Of a stretch of 64,000 nt of DNA, positions 40,841 through 52,119 are shown piece by piece. Source of the stretch: an uncultured Methylomirabilota bacterium (GTDB lineage: Bacteria > Methylomirabilota > Methylomirabilia > Methylomirabilales > 2-02-FULL-66-22); assembly GCA_963714585.1 (NCBI GenBank), contig CAVQPC010000077.1, positions 3,878 to 67,877 on the forward strand, written 5' to 3'. The stretch's first letter is position 1. Every line of letters begins with the position of its first letter. The translations under genes and the position numbers were made by a program. Under the pieces are notes generated by a model that had not been told where the DNA came from, searched no databases, and saw only the letters and a program-made list of their open reading frames with translations.

Positions 40841-41201
40841 ATGAACGACGAGAAGAAGCTGACGAACAACGCCGGGCCCCCCATCCGGTACCGGCTCGGC
40901 GTGAATCACCACCTGATCCCGGTCAATGCCGCCCGCTGCCCATTCCACAGTTACCACCGTGATGGGGCCATGCGGGTCGACGGAAACTATTTACTACCGC
41001 CAGCCCGGTTTGCCTTTCCGACTGATGAGCCCGCACCAGCAGACGGTTCTCTTTGCCAACACCGCGCGCGCTATCGGCCGAGCGCCGAAGGAAATTCAGC
41101 TCCGCCACATTGGCAACTGCCTGAAGGCCGATCCGGCTTATGGCCAGGGGGTAGCCGCCGAACTGGGCATTCCCCTCAGCGAACTGCCCAAAGAGGCATA
41201 A
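40841..41201 (+). pseudogene. catalase remnant with at least two internal deletions
   Basis: The [16 protein letters not shown]-terminus is fused in frame to [31 protein letters not shown]. It then runs out of frame to [28 protein letters not shown]...[16 protein letters not shown]; about 350 residues are missing. Confidence 0.7.
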
Positions 41202-41319
41202 ACCAATCAGCGAACAATCGCATGGAGCCCTACGGGGACCGCGCCGCGCGGGCAGTGAAGGTGCGGCGGTAACCCCACTCACCGGAGTCGACATCGACTC
41301 CCAGACACAGGAGGAACTC

Positions 41320-41814
41320 ATGCAACTCTCCAAAGCCATGCAGGACGCCGTGAACGCGCAGATCCAGAAGGAGTATTATTCATCGTATTTGTATCTGGCC
41401 ATGTCGGCCTCCTTGGAAGCGAACAACCTCCCGGGCGCGGCGAAGTGGACCCGGATCCAGAGCCAGGAGGAGCTGACCCACGCCCTCAAGCTGTTCGACC
41501 ACGTGGTCGACCGGGGCGGCCGCGTGACTCTGGCCGCCATCCAGCAGCCGCCGACAGAGTATGGTTCGGCCCTCCACCTGTTCGAGCAGGTGCTGGAGCA
41601 CGAGCAGCGCGTGACGGCCTCCATCCATGCGCTCTACGCGCTGGCTGTGAAAGAGCAGGACTACGCGGCCCAGGTCATGCTGCAATGGTTCGTCGCGGAA
41701 CAGGTGGAAGAAGAGAAGAATGCCACGCAGGTCGTGGAGCAGTTGAAGGCCGTCGGCGAGAGCAAGACCTCGTTGATGTTGCTGGACCGGCACCTGGGGA
41801 AGCGGGGCGAATAG
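41320..41814 (+). CDS. ftn: non-heme bacterial ferritin
   Basis: QIQKEYYSSYLYLAMS...QEELTHA...EHEQ ferroxidase-centre pattern; 164 aa. Confidence 0.9.
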   Translation: MQLSKAMQDAVNAQIQKEYYSSYLYLAMSASLEANNLPGAAKWTRIQSQEELTHALKLFDHVVDRGGRVTLAAIQQPPTEYGSALHLFEQVLEHEQRVTASIHALYALAVKEQDYAAQVMLQWFVAEQVEEEKNATQVVEQLKAVGESKTSLMLLDRHLGKRGE

Positions 41815-41905
41815 GGAGGCATTCATGAAAGTTCCTGGGAACCGCCGGCCGGGCCGAGTGCCCGGCCCCGGTTCTCACCGAAACCTACTCAAAGGAGGAA
41901 CGCTG

Positions 41906-42328
41906 ATGGCCAAGCCACTCAAGGGCACCAAGACGCACGAGAACCTCAAGGCCGCCTTCGCCGGCGAGAGCCAGGCGAACCGTCGCTACCTCTACTTCGC
42001 GAAGGTCGCGGACATCGAGGGGTACCCCGAAATCGCGAGCAACTTCCGCGAGACCGCCGAGGGCGAGACGGGCCACGCCCACGGCCACCTGGACTACCTG
42101 AAGGCGGTGGGTGACCCGGCCACCGGTCTGCCCATGGGGGACACGGCGCTCAACCTCCAGGCGGCGGTCAGCGGCGAGACCCACGAGTACACTGACATGT
42201 ACCCGGGCATGGCGAAGGCCGCCCGCGAGGAAGGCTTCGCCGAAATCGCGGACTGGTTCGAGACCCTCGCCAAGGCGGAGAAGTCCCACGCCGGCCGCTT
42301 TGGCGCCCTCCTGAAGTCGATCCAGTAG
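41906..42328 (+). CDS. rubrerythrin-family diiron protein (no rubredoxin domain)
   Basis: [13 protein letters not shown]...[10 protein letters not shown]...[13 protein letters not shown]...AEKSHAGRF; AAAGGAGG RBS. Confidence 0.85.
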   Translation: MAKPLKGTKTHENLKAAFAGESQANRRYLYFAKVADIEGYPEIASNFRETAEGETGHAHGHLDYLKAVGDPATGLPMGDTALNLQAAVSGETHEYTDMYPGMAKAAREEGFAEIADWFETLAKAEKSHAGRFGALLKSIQ

Positions 42329-42398
42329 GCGGGTGTGGCGGGGGCCGCGGCGGCCCGGGAGAGCCGCGGCCCCCGCCGTTCTCGCGAGGAGACCGAGC

Positions 42399-43763
42399 AT
42401 GAGCACCGAGGCGCCGATCTCGTACCAGCCGACAGACGGGCTGACCTACGATCCCGAGGTCGCGAAGTACTGGGAGCCCGAGGCGCTGGCCAAAGAGGTC
42501 CGCCGTGCGTTCGCGATCTGCCACGGCTGCCGGATGTGCTTCAAGTACTGCGACGCGTTCCCGACACTGTTTGCGCTCCTCGACCGGGAGAGAGACGGCA
42601 AGGTCGACCGGATCACCACGGATGAGACGGACCGGATCATGCAGGCTTGCTTCCAGTGCAAGCTGTGCGAGGTCCAGTGCCCCTACACGCCCCGGGAGAA
42701 GCACGCGTTCCAGCTCGACTTCCCCAAGCTCGTCCATCGCCACCAGGCGGTCCGGGCCAAACGGGAGGGCATTCCCCTGCGCGACCGCGTTCTCGGGAAT
42801 CCCGACCTCGCCGCCGCGGTTGCGCGCGCGAGCTTCGGACTCGCCAACGTGATGAACCACGTGCCCGCACACCGGTGGCTCATGGAGAAGGGCCTCGGCA
42901 TCCACCGGGAGAAAGTGCTCCCCGACTTCGCGCGGGTGACGTTCGAGCGGTGGGCCGGGGGGACCGGCCGGACCGTGGAGCGGCCAGCCGGTCCGGGCGA
43001 TCCCGAGGTCGTCCTCTTCCAGACCTGTTACGTCCAACACAACGAGCCCCAGATCGGCCGGGACACGCTCGAGGTGCTCGACCGCAACCAAGTCCGCGCG
43101 GGCTGCCTCGCGGGGCTCCAGTGCTGCGGCATGCCCGCGTGGGAGCACGGGGACCTCGCCGCCCTGCGTCGCCAGGCGGCCCACAACCTCGAGATCCTCC
43201 AGCCCTTCGTCGCGGCCGGCGCCAGAGTCCTGGCGATCAATCCGACCTGCGCCATGATGATGCGCCGCGAGTACCCGGAGCTGCTGCCCCGCGGGCAGCG
43301 CGAGGCCGCCCAGGCACTCGCCGCGGCGATCATGGATCCCTCCGAGTACCTCTGGTCCATCCGCGACCAGGCGCGCTTCAACACCGACTTCAAGAGCACC
43401 CCCGGCGCCACGGTCGCCTATCACGCCCCCTGCCATCTCCGGGCCCAGGCCGTGGGATTCAAGGGGCGCGACCTGCTCCGCAAGATCCCCGGCGTCGTGC
43501 CGCGCGCGGTCATGGAGTGCTGCGGCCACAACGGCACCTACGCCATGAAGGCCGAAGGGTTCGCCGCCAGTCAGCGAATCGGCCAGAAGGCCTTCGACGG
43601 GATGCGGGAGGTGGGCGCCGAGGTGTGGGTCAGCGACTGCCCGCTGGCCGCCCTGCAATTCCAGCAACACGCGGGCACCAAGCCCCTGCACCCCATGTCC
43701 CTCCTCGCTCGCGCCTACCGCCCGGACGGCTTTCCAGCCCCCGTCCGCCCAACCCGGGAGTGA
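42399..43763 (+). CDS. Fe-S oxidoreductase with two CCG domains (GlpC / HdrD-like)
   Basis: [11 protein letters not shown] and [12 protein letters not shown] ferredoxin motifs followed by two CCG-type repeats ([15 protein letters not shown]). Confidence 0.85.
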   Translation: MSTEAPISYQPTDGLTYDPEVAKYWEPEALAKEVRRAFAICHGCRMCFKYCDAFPTLFALLDRERDGKVDRITTDETDRIMQACFQCKLCEVQCPYTPREKHAFQLDFPKLVHRHQAVRAKREGIPLRDRVLGNPDLAAAVARASFGLANVMNHVPAHRWLMEKGLGIHREKVLPDFARVTFERWAGGTGRTVERPAGPGDPEVVLFQTCYVQHNEPQIGRDTLEVLDRNQVRAGCLAGLQCCGMPAWEHGDLAALRRQAAHNLEILQPFVAAGARVLAINPTCAMMMRREYPELLPRGQREAAQALAAAIMDPSEYLWSIRDQARFNTDFKSTPGATVAYHAPCHLRAQAVGFKGRDLLRKIPGVVPRAVMECCGHNGTYAMKAEGFAASQRIGQKAFDGMREVGAEVWVSDCPLAALQFQQHAGTKPLHPMSLLARAYRPDGFPAPVRPTRE

Positions 43764-43929
43764 CGCCTGTGAGGCCGGTCACCCGCGAGGAGCTCCTCGA
43801 CTCATCCCAGAATTTTCACCGCCAAGGCCGCAAAGATCGCAAAGAATCGCCAGCATTCATCGGGTCAGAGGAGCTGTCGAATCGAAATCTTCCACACCGC
43901 AACTCCGAGTTTCCCCGGGTCAGCGCTTT

Positions 43930-44105
43930 GAATCCAAGAAGGTTCATTCCCCGCGGCTTGCCGCGAGTTCGTCATACCGGCCCCGGTTTTCACCGGGGAA
44001 CCCAGCCGGTATCCAGAAAGCCCGACTGGATTCCGTGTCACGCACGGAATGACGGACTAGAACAGAGGCCGATACCCCGCGGCTTGCCGCGGGGTAGTTC
44101 ATTTA
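43930..44105 (+). repeat. multi-hairpin MITE-like repeat, copy 1
   Basis: Near-identical to the reverse complement of 53009-53164 except for a 24-bp hairpin insertion; contains CCCCGCGGCTTGCCGCGGGG and ATTCCGTGTCACGCACGGAAT hairpins. Confidence 0.85.
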
Positions 44106-44303
44106 CGGGGACTTCCTTTGCGCCCTTCGCGTGCTCTGCGGATAAAGCGGACGTTCTCACCTTCCTTTTCTAACGAGGGTGCTTCTGTGGAACGCGTCAC
44201 AGAAGCTGGGCCACCGTCTGCGATCGGTCGTCTAGGATCGGCGAAGATTCTTGGGGATAGGGACTGAACCGTCGGGAGGAGAAAAATTTCCGAAACCGTC
44301 AAC

Positions 44304-45506
44304 TCAGGCCTCCAAGAGGAGGCCTGCGGGATCCTCGATCAGTTCCTTTACCCGGACGAGGAACTGGACCGCTTCCCGACCGTCCACGATCCGGTGGTCG
44401 TAGCTCAAGGCCACGTACATCATGGGTGCGACGACCACGGCGCCCTGGCGGGCAATGGGCCGCTCTTCGATCTTGTGCAGGCCCAGGATGCCCACCTGCG
44501 GCGGATTGAGGATGGGAGTGCTGAGGAGGGAGCCGAAGACGCCGCCGTTGGTGATGGTGAACGTTCCACCGCGAAGATCGTCCAGAGAGAGCGTGCCCTC
44601 TTCTGCCTTCCGGCCGAACTCCTTGATGGTCGTCTCGATGGCGGCAAAGGACAGACGGTCGGCGTCCCGCAGGACCGGGACCACCAACCCTTCCGAGGCC
44701 CCCACGGCAATGCCGATGTCGAAGTAGTGCTTGAGCACCATCTCGTCGCCCTGGATCTCGGCGTTGAGCCGCGGGAAGGCCTTCAGGGCGCCGATGCTGG
44801 CCTTGACGAAGAACGAGGTGATCCCCAGGCCCACCCCGTAGCGGTTCGTGAAGCTCTCCTTGTGCCGGGCGCGGAGGGCCAGCACGGCGCTCATATCGAC
44901 CTCGTTGAAGGTCGAGAGCATGGCCGCCGTGTGCTGTGCCTCCACGAGCCGGCGGGCGATGGTCTGCCTCCGGCGGGACATGCGGACGCGCTCCTCGCGC
45001 TCGGGACGCGCGGCGGCCACCGGCCCCGCATACCCACCTGGCTCGGGCAGGGGGGCGACCTCCCGCCTGGGAGCCTCCTGGACGGGGGCGCCACCCGGCG
45101 CGGGGGCTTCCAGGACCTGAGCCGAGACGCCCGCCGATGCCGGAGCGGACGGATGGATCTCTGCGGGAGCTTCCTTCCCGTCGCCGGAGTCCGCACTGCG
45201 GGGGAGGGCCGCGGCCGGACGGGCTGGGACCTCGGCACGTGTGCGGGGCGGCTCCTGGGCCTGCACAGCGCCCTCCTCGATCTCACCCAGGGTCTCACCC
45301 ACCTTCACCTCGTCCCCTTCGTGTCGATCGATGCGGGTCAGGACCCCCGCCTTCTCCGCGCCCACCTCGAGGTCCACCTTCTCGGTCTCGAGTTCGACGA
45401 CCGTCTCGCCGGCATTCACGCGGTCGCCCTCTCGCTTCAGCCAGCGGGCTATCGTGGCACCCACAACCGACTCGCCCATCTCGGGCACGACGATCTTGGT
45501 CGTCAT
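44304..45506 (-). CDS. sucB: 2-oxoglutarate dehydrogenase E2 (dihydrolipoamide succinyltransferase)
   Basis: Lipoyl domain ([12 protein letters not shown]), Ala/Pro linker, catalytic domain ending SYDHRIVDG. Confidence 0.9.
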   Translation of the reverse strand: MTTKIVVPEMGESVVGATIARWLKREGDRVNAGETVVELETEKVDLEVGAEKAGVLTRIDRHEGDEVKVGETLGEIEEGAVQAQEPPRTRAEVPARPAAALPRSADSGDGKEAPAEIHPSAPASAGVSAQVLEAPAPGGAPVQEAPRREVAPLPEPGGYAGPVAAARPEREERVRMSRRRQTIARRLVEAQHTAAMLSTFNEVDMSAVLALRARHKESFTNRYGVGLGITSFFVKASIGALKAFPRLNAEIQGDEMVLKHYFDIGIAVGASEGLVVPVLRDADRLSFAAIETTIKEFGRKAEEGTLSLDDLRGGTFTITNGGVFGSLLSTPILNPPQVGILGLHKIEERPIARQGAVVVAPMMYVALSYDHRIVDGREAVQFLVRVKELIEDPAGLLLEA

Positions 45507-45533
45507 CGCCGCTCTCGCCTCCCGGAGCAATTA

Positions 45534-45599
45534 CCAATGACCAATTCCCGAATGACCAATGCGTTCCGAGGTCATTGGGATTTGGGAATTGGTCATTGG
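45534..45599. repeat. 66-bp hairpin repeat filling the sucA-sucB intergenic space
   Basis: CCAATGACCAATTCCC ... GGGAATTGGTCATTGG perfect 16-bp arms with an inner TGACCAATG/TCATTGG pair. Confidence 0.8.
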
Positions 45600-48410
45600 T
45601 CATTCCTTGTATGTAGAGATGGCCCCGTCCTCCGAGGCCCGCGACGCGAGGTTGTAGGCGCACTCCACCAAGGCCTTCTGATTCGCGGCATGCCACGCAG
45701 CGGATCCCTCGGCGGGGCTGGAGTTGGGGGGCCGGCCAATGTAGCGCAGCGGCCAGCGCCCCTTGACCAGCTCGCCGACTCGCGGGTGCATGTAGCTGCA
45801 GGCGCCCATATTCATCGGCTCCTCCTGGAGCCAGACCACTTCTTCCAGATGCGGATACCCGGCCAGCACGGGCGCGAGATCCTCGCCGGGGAAGGGGTAG
45901 AGTTGCTCCACCCGCACGATGGCGACGCTCCTGCTCTGCTCCCGCTGCGGGTGGCTCACCAGATCCACATATACCTTCCCGCAGCACAGGATGAGGCGCC
46001 GGACCTGGTCGGGCGCCTGCCGGGCATGCGGGTCGTCAATCACCGGCTGCCAGTGGCCTTGGGCCAGCTCCTGCAGGGCGGAATAGGTGAGAGGATGGCG
46101 CAGCAGGCTCTTCGGTGTCAGGATCACCAGGGGCAACGGGTCGGTCTCGAGCAATGCGGCCTGCCGTCGCAACAGGTGGAAGTACTGGGCCGCGGTGGTG
46201 GCGCTGGCGATGCGCATGTTCATTTCCGCCGCCAGTTCCAGGAACCGCTCCGCCCGGGCGCTGCTGTGGTCGGGGCCTTGCCCCTCGAGGCCGTGAGGGA
46301 GCAGGAGCACCAGGGAGGGGGGCTGGCCCCACTTGGCCCGAGCCGAGACGATGAACTCGTCGATCACGACCTGGGCGCCATTGACGAAATCCCCGTACTG
46401 GGCCTCCCAGATCACGAGTCGGTCCGGCGCCTGGACGTTGCAGCCGTACTCGAAGCCCAGCGTTGCGTTCTCCGTGAGCGGGCTGTTGAACACGGCGAAG
46501 GCGGCCCGCGCCTGCGGCAAGGCCTGCAGCGGGACGAAGGTGCGCTCCGTCTTCACGTCGTGGAACACGGCGTGGCGCTGGCCGAAGGTCCCCCGCTCCA
46601 CGTCCTCGCCCGTGAGGCGGATGGGGATGCCGTCGGCCAGGATAGTGGCGAAGGCCAGCTCCTCGGCCGTGGCCCAATCGATGGTGGCCCCGTCGGGACT
46701 GTCCAGGGCCACGCGCCGGCGCCGCATGGCGCGCTCCAATTTCGGGTTGAGCGTGAACCCGTCGGGCACCTCCAGCAGGCCGGCATGCAGCTCGCGGAGC
46801 CTGTCGGCCGGCACGCCCGTCTTCACCCGGCTGGCGGCGCCCTTGGGCGGCGACGCGGGCAGAGGCTCCACCAGGTCGCGCTCCGGATGCAGCGACTCCA
46901 GGACGCCCTGCAGCTCGCTCATGCAGGCCTCGACCAGCTCCTTGGGCCGTGCCGGATCGATGAGCCTGCGCTGCACGAGCAGCTCGGCCCACTGGTCCCG
47001 GACCGTGGGGTGCCCCGCGATCTTCTCGTACATGAGCGGCTGCGTGAAGCTGGGCTCGTCGCCCTCGTTGTGGCCGTAGCGGCGGTAGCCCACCAGATCG
47101 ATCAGGAAGTCCTTGTGGAACGTCTGGCGATAGTTCGATGCCAGGTGCGCCGCCTCGATGCAGGCCTCGGGATCGTCGGCATTCACGTGGACGATGGGGA
47201 TCTCGAAGCCCTTGGCGAGATCGCTGGCGTAAAGCGTGCTGCGGCCCTCCTCGGGCGTGACCGTGTAGCCGAGTTGATTGTCAGTGATGATGTGGATCGT
47301 TCCGCCGGTCTGATACCCCGCGAGGCGTGACAGGTTCAGGGTCTCGGCCACGACGCCCTGGCCCGGGAAGGCGGCGTCACCGTGGATGAGGACCGGGAGC
47401 GAGATCGTGGGATCGAAGCGCGGCGGGCCCGGCTGATCCACGCGCGTCCCCGCCGCACACGCCATCCCCTCCACCACGGGATTGATGTACTCCAGGTGGC
47501 TGGAGTTGGGCGGCATCGTCACGACGAGATCGAGCGGCTCCCCGTCCTTCAGGGCCCGATGCGCCCCCATGTGATACTTGACGTCCCCCGTCCAGCTCAG
47601 ATCCTCGCGAAATGTGAACCGGCGGCCGCGCGCCGGATCCCGAAACTCCGCCAGGATCTGGGCGTAGGGGAGCTTGAGGATATGGGCCAGAACATTCAGG
47701 CGGCCGCGGTGGGCCATCCCGATGAGGATGTTCCGGATCCCGGCCTCCGCCGCCTCGCCGACGACCTCATCCAGCATCGGGACCAACATGTCCAGGCCTT
47801 CCAGGGAGAAGCGGGTCTTCCCCGGAAAGACACGATGGAGGAAGCGCTCGAACGCCTCCACGCGGGTCAGACGCTCCAGGAGTGCGATGGGGTCGAGCGG
47901 GTCGCGGGGCGGGCGGAAGATTCCCGATTCCGCGGCGTGGCGCAGCCAGGCGCGTTCCTCGGGGTTGTGGATATGGGCGTAGCCGTAGCCGGTGGTAGAG
48001 GCGTAGACACGCCGGAGAGCCTGGATGGCCTCGAGGGCATTCGCTGCCCCCTCGGCCGCGGGGCCGCCGATCAGGCTGGCGGGCAGTTGGCGGAGGTCGT
48101 CCTCGGTGATTCCGTGTGTGGCCGGATCCAGCGAGGGGTCGCCGCGGGGCGGAGTGCCCAGCGGGTCGAGACGGGCGGCGAGATGGCCGTACCCGCGGAT
48201 GGCCTGCGCCAGACTCACGGCGCCCACGACCTTGTCGATCGCGGGCAGCTCCCCGGGAGGGCGACCGTCCGCAGGGGGCGTCCAGTGCGCGAAGTAGGCC
48301 CGCGTCGCGCCGTCCACGGACTGCGGGTCGCGCCGGTACCGCTCGTAGAGCGCGACCACGTAGCCGGCGTTCACGCCTTGAAACTCGCCCCAGGGATCCA
48401 TGGCGCCCAT
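45600..48410 (-). CDS. sucA: 2-oxoglutarate dehydrogenase E1 component
   Basis: 936 aa, full-length E1o with a ThDP-binding region. Confidence 0.95.
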   Translation of the reverse strand: MGAMDPWGEFQGVNAGYVVALYERYRRDPQSVDGATRAYFAHWTPPADGRPPGELPAIDKVVGAVSLAQAIRGYGHLAARLDPLGTPPRGDPSLDPATHGITEDDLRQLPASLIGGPAAEGAANALEAIQALRRVYASTTGYGYAHIHNPEERAWLRHAAESGIFRPPRDPLDPIALLERLTRVEAFERFLHRVFPGKTRFSLEGLDMLVPMLDEVVGEAAEAGIRNILIGMAHRGRLNVLAHILKLPYAQILAEFRDPARGRRFTFREDLSWTGDVKYHMGAHRALKDGEPLDLVVTMPPNSSHLEYINPVVEGMACAAGTRVDQPGPPRFDPTISLPVLIHGDAAFPGQGVVAETLNLSRLAGYQTGGTIHIITDNQLGYTVTPEEGRSTLYASDLAKGFEIPIVHVNADDPEACIEAAHLASNYRQTFHKDFLIDLVGYRRYGHNEGDEPSFTQPLMYEKIAGHPTVRDQWAELLVQRRLIDPARPKELVEACMSELQGVLESLHPERDLVEPLPASPPKGAASRVKTGVPADRLRELHAGLLEVPDGFTLNPKLERAMRRRRVALDSPDGATIDWATAEELAFATILADGIPIRLTGEDVERGTFGQRHAVFHDVKTERTFVPLQALPQARAAFAVFNSPLTENATLGFEYGCNVQAPDRLVIWEAQYGDFVNGAQVVIDEFIVSARAKWGQPPSLVLLLPHGLEGQGPDHSSARAERFLELAAEMNMRIASATTAAQYFHLLRRQAALLETDPLPLVILTPKSLLRHPLTYSALQELAQGHWQPVIDDPHARQAPDQVRRLILCCGKVYVDLVSHPQREQSRSVAIVRVEQLYPFPGEDLAPVLAGYPHLEEVVWLQEEPMNMGACSYMHPRVGELVKGRWPLRYIGRPPNSSPAEGSAAWHAANQKALVECAYNLASRASEDGAISTYKE

Positions 48411-48623
48411 GATAAGCCTCTAACCTGTCCGGTCAAGGGCCGAATGGCGCAGACATCGAGCGCAGGCAGGGGGGCTCGGCCTGCGACGCATGGATCGGAG
48501 AACAGTACATAAGGTGCGGGCGCGGTTGCAATTCGGGACGTGAAGGTGTATCTCGTGTGGGCGTAAAATTCTCCGGCGCATGCGGCTGGCGTCCGGCTCG
48601 CTCACACCACAACGGAGGGCGGA

Positions 48624-49286
48624 ATGTCTCGAGCGGTGGCCTTCTACCAAAGCCTCGTTGGCCAGAAGCTCATCATGGCCGTGACGGGCATCTTGCTGTA
48701 CCTCTTCCTCCTCGAACATGTGGCGGGCAACCTGTTGACCTTCGGCGGACCGGGGCCGCTGAACCGGTACGCCGCCCTCCTGAAGAACCCGGACCTCCTT
48801 CCAGTGCTCTGGGTCGCGCGCGTGGGCCTCATCATTGCCCTCATCCTTCATCTCATCGCCGCGGTGCGGGTGACGGTGGCTAACTGGCAGGCCCGTCCGG
48901 TCTCCTACTTCCTGCGCAAAGATGTCGAGACGAATTATGCGGCCCGCACCATGATCGTGAGCGGACCGCTCATCTTCCTCTACCTCATCTATCACCTCAT
49001 GATGTTCACCTTTCTCACCACCGGCCCCGGCTATAGCGAGACGGATGTCTACCGGAACGTGGTCCTGGCCTTCCAGGTGCCGGCCATTTCCGCGGTGTAC
49101 ATCGTGACCATGATCATCCTCGGGTATCACCTCTGGCACGCCGGCTGGAGCATGGTCCAGACCCTGGGGATCACGTGGCCCACACGCCCCGGCCTGCGAG
49201 GGTGGCTGTTTCCGGCGATCGGCGTCCTGATCGCGGTCGGCTTCATCAGCGTTCCGGTCGCCGTTCTGACCGGCATCGTCCGATAG
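48624..49286 (+). CDS. sdhC: succinate dehydrogenase cytochrome b subunit (b558 type)
   Basis: Five TM helices with conserved His; immediately upstream of sdhA. Confidence 0.85.
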   Translation: MSRAVAFYQSLVGQKLIMAVTGILLYLFLLEHVAGNLLTFGGPGPLNRYAALLKNPDLLPVLWVARVGLIIALILHLIAAVRVTVANWQARPVSYFLRKDVETNYAARTMIVSGPLIFLYLIYHLMMFTFLTTGPGYSETDVYRNVVLAFQVPAISAVYIVTMIILGYHLWHAGWSMVQTLGITWPTRPGLRGWLFPAIGVLIAVGFISVPVAVLTGIVR

Positions 49287-49303
49287 GCGGGGAGGTCGCT
49301 GGC

Positions 49304-51220
49304 ATGGAATTGCAAAGCAAGGTCCCCTCGGGTCCCATCGAGCAGCAGTGGAACCGGCACCGCGACGAGATGCGGGTCGTGAGCCCGAACAACAAGCGGA
49401 AGTACAAGGTCATCGTGGTGGGAACGGGACTGGCGGGCGCCTCGGCGGCGGCCACGCTGGGCCAGCTCGGCTACGAGGTGAGCTGCTTCTGCTTCCAGGA
49501 CAGTGCCCGCCGCGCCCACTCCATCGCCGCGCAGGGCGGCATCAACGCCTCCAAGAATTACCAGAACGACGGAGACAGCGTCTTCCGCCTCTTCTACGAC
49601 ACGGTCAAGGGGGGCGATTTCCGCTCGCGGGAGGCCAATGTCTACCGGCTGGCGGAGCTGTCCATGGCCATCATCGATCAGTGTGTGGCCCTGGGCGTGC
49701 CCTTCGCGCGCGAGTACAGCGGATACCTCGCCAACCGCTCCTTCGGCGGGGTCCAGGTCTCCCGGACCTTCTACGCCCGGGGGCAGACGGGGCAGCAGCT
49801 CCTGCTGGGTGCCTACTCGGCCCTCACGCGGCAGGTGGCGCTGGGCCAGGTGAAGCTCTTCCCCCGGCACGAGATGCTTGACGTGGTTGTGGTGGATGGC
49901 CACGCCAAGGGAATCATTGTCCGGGACCTGGTGAGCGGGGCTATCAGCCGCCACGCCGCCGATGCCGTGGCCCTGGCCACGGGTGGCTACGGCAACGCCT
50001 ACTACCTCTCCACCAATGCCAAGGGGTGCAACGTCACGGCCATCTGGCGCGCCCATAAGCACGGCGCCTTGTTCGCCAACCCCTGCTTCACCCAGATCCA
50101 CCCCACCTGCATCCCCGTGACGGGTGAGCACCAGTCCAAGCTTACCCTCATGAGCGAGTCCCTCCGGAACGACGGGCGCATCTGGGTGCCCAAGCAGCCT
50201 GGCGACAAACGGCGCCCCCAGGACATCCCCGAGGCGGAGCGGGACTACTACCTGGAACGCAAGTACCCGAGCTACGGGAACCTGGTCCCGCGGGACGTGG
50301 CCTCCCGCAATGCCAAGGGGGTGTGCGACGAGGGCCGGGGCGTGGGGCCGGGGGGGCGGGGCGTCTACCTGGACCTTTTCGATGCCATGCGCCGGCTGGG
50401 CGAGCCGGTGATCCGGCAACGCTACGATAACCTCTTCGAAATGTACGAGCGGATCACGGGCGAGGATCCCTACCAGCAGCCCATGCGGATCTACCCCGCC
50501 ATCCACTATGTGATGGGTGGCCTGTGGGTGGACTACAACCTCATGAGTAACGTGGATGGCCTGCACGTCCTGGGCGAGGCCAACTTCTCGGACCACGGGG
50601 CCAACCGCCTGGGAGCCAGCGCACTCATGCAGGGCCTGGCGGACGGGTACTTCATCATCCCCTATACGATCGGCGACTACCTGGCGCGGGTCTCGCCCAA
50701 GGATCGCCCCTCCACGGATCACCCGGCCTTTCAGCAGGCGGAGCGGGAGGTGGTGGAGCGCATCCAGAGGCTCCTGTCGGTGAACGGCGCGCGCACGGTG
50801 GACTCTTTCCACCGGGAGCTGGGGCACCTGCTGTGGGAGCACTGCGGCATGGCCCGGAACGAGAAGGGGCTGAAGCTGCTGCTGGAGCGGATCCCGGCGC
50901 TCCGCGAAGAGTTCTGGCAGAACGTGCGGGTGCCGGGCGAGGAGCAGGACTTCAACCAAGCGCTGGAGCACGCCGGGCGCGTGGCGGACTTCCTGGAGTT
51001 CGCCGAGTTGATAGCCTACGACGCCCTCATGCGGGATGAGTCCAGCGGCTGCCATTTCCGCGAGGAGCACCAGACGCCAGAGGGCGAGGCCCTGCGGGAC
51101 GACGCGCGCTTCTCGTATGTGGCGGCCTGGGAATACACGGGCGTGGGCAAGACGCCCAATTTGCATCAGGAACCCCTCGCCTTCGAAACCATCCACCTGA
51201 CCCAGCGGAGCTACAAATGA
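49304..51220 (+). CDS. sdhA: succinate dehydrogenase flavoprotein subunit
   Basis: [17 protein letters not shown] fold, [11 protein letters not shown] covalent-FAD His motif; GGGGAGG RBS. Confidence 0.95.
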   Translation: MELQSKVPSGPIEQQWNRHRDEMRVVSPNNKRKYKVIVVGTGLAGASAAATLGQLGYEVSCFCFQDSARRAHSIAAQGGINASKNYQNDGDSVFRLFYDTVKGGDFRSREANVYRLAELSMAIIDQCVALGVPFAREYSGYLANRSFGGVQVSRTFYARGQTGQQLLLGAYSALTRQVALGQVKLFPRHEMLDVVVVDGHAKGIIVRDLVSGAISRHAADAVALATGGYGNAYYLSTNAKGCNVTAIWRAHKHGALFANPCFTQIHPTCIPVTGEHQSKLTLMSESLRNDGRIWVPKQPGDKRRPQDIPEAERDYYLERKYPSYGNLVPRDVASRNAKGVCDEGRGVGPGGRGVYLDLFDAMRRLGEPVIRQRYDNLFEMYERITGEDPYQQPMRIYPAIHYVMGGLWVDYNLMSNVDGLHVLGEANFSDHGANRLGASALMQGLADGYFIIPYTIGDYLARVSPKDRPSTDHPAFQQAEREVVERIQRLLSVNGARTVDSFHRELGHLLWEHCGMARNEKGLKLLLERIPALREEFWQNVRVPGEEQDFNQALEHAGRVADFLEFAELIAYDALMRDESSGCHFREEHQTPEGEALRDDARFSYVAAWEYTGVGKTPNLHQEPLAFETIHLTQRSYK

Positions 51221-51984
51221 GACTGACGCTGAAGATCTGGCGGCAACCCGGTCCCAAGGTCAAGGGGAAGCTGGTGACCTACCCCATGGACGGCGTGGAG
51301 CCCGACATGTCCTTCCTGGAGATGCTGGATGTCCTCAATGATCGGCTCATCCTCAACGGGGAGGAGCCCATCGCCTTCGACCACGACTGCCGTGAGGGGA
51401 TCTGCGGGAGCTGTGGTCTCATGATCGGCGGAGTGGCCCACGGCCCCCAGAAGCTCACCACCACCTGTCAGCTCTTCATGCGGCACTTCACGGACGGCGA
51501 CACTATCATCGTCGAGCCGTTTCGGTCCCGAGCGTTTCCCGTGATCAAGGACCTGGCGGTGGACCGGAGCGCGCTGGACAAGATCATGCAGGCGGGGGGC
51601 TTCATTTCCGCCCGCACGGGGAGCGCCCCCGAGGCCAACAGCATCCTCGTCTCGAAGGAGGCGGCCGACCGCGCCATGGACGCGGCCGCCTGCATCGGTT
51701 GCGGGGCCTGCGTGGCGGCCTGCCCCAACGGCTCGGCCATGCTCTTCACGGCGGCCAAGATCTCGCATCTGGGGCTGCTGCCCCAGGGACAGCCCGAGCG
51801 GAGCCAGCGCGCCCTGCGCATGGTCCAGCGGATGGAGCAGTTGGGCTTCGGGAGCTGCTCCAACCATGGGGAGTGCGAGGCCGCCTGCCCCAAGGGGATC
51901 AGCCTCGACTTCATCGCCCGCCTGAACCGGGACTTCCTCAAGGCCGGCCTCCTGGAAGAGGCGATGCCGCTCATGGAGGTGTGA
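51217..51984 (+). CDS. sdhB: succinate dehydrogenase iron-sulfur subunit
   Basis: [21 protein letters not shown] and [12 protein letters not shown] cluster motifs; ATGA overlap with sdhA. Confidence 0.95.
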   Translation: MRLTLKIWRQPGPKVKGKLVTYPMDGVEPDMSFLEMLDVLNDRLILNGEEPIAFDHDCREGICGSCGLMIGGVAHGPQKLTTTCQLFMRHFTDGDTIIVEPFRSRAFPVIKDLAVDRSALDKIMQAGGFISARTGSAPEANSILVSKEAADRAMDAAACIGCGACVAACPNGSAMLFTAAKISHLGLLPQGQPERSQRALRMVQRMEQLGFGSCSNHGECEAACPKGISLDFIARLNRDFLKAGLLEEAMPLMEV

Positions 51985-52119
51985 CCCCGCTCCTGCGAGT
52001 GGTGGCCCCGTCTCCAAGGCCAAGCCATTCGGACCGGCGACTTCAGCCGGGGATCGCGCCCCGGCCCTCTCCCTTCGCGGGGAGAGGGAAGTGGATAGTG
52101 TGCGAGGTCCGAGGAACTC

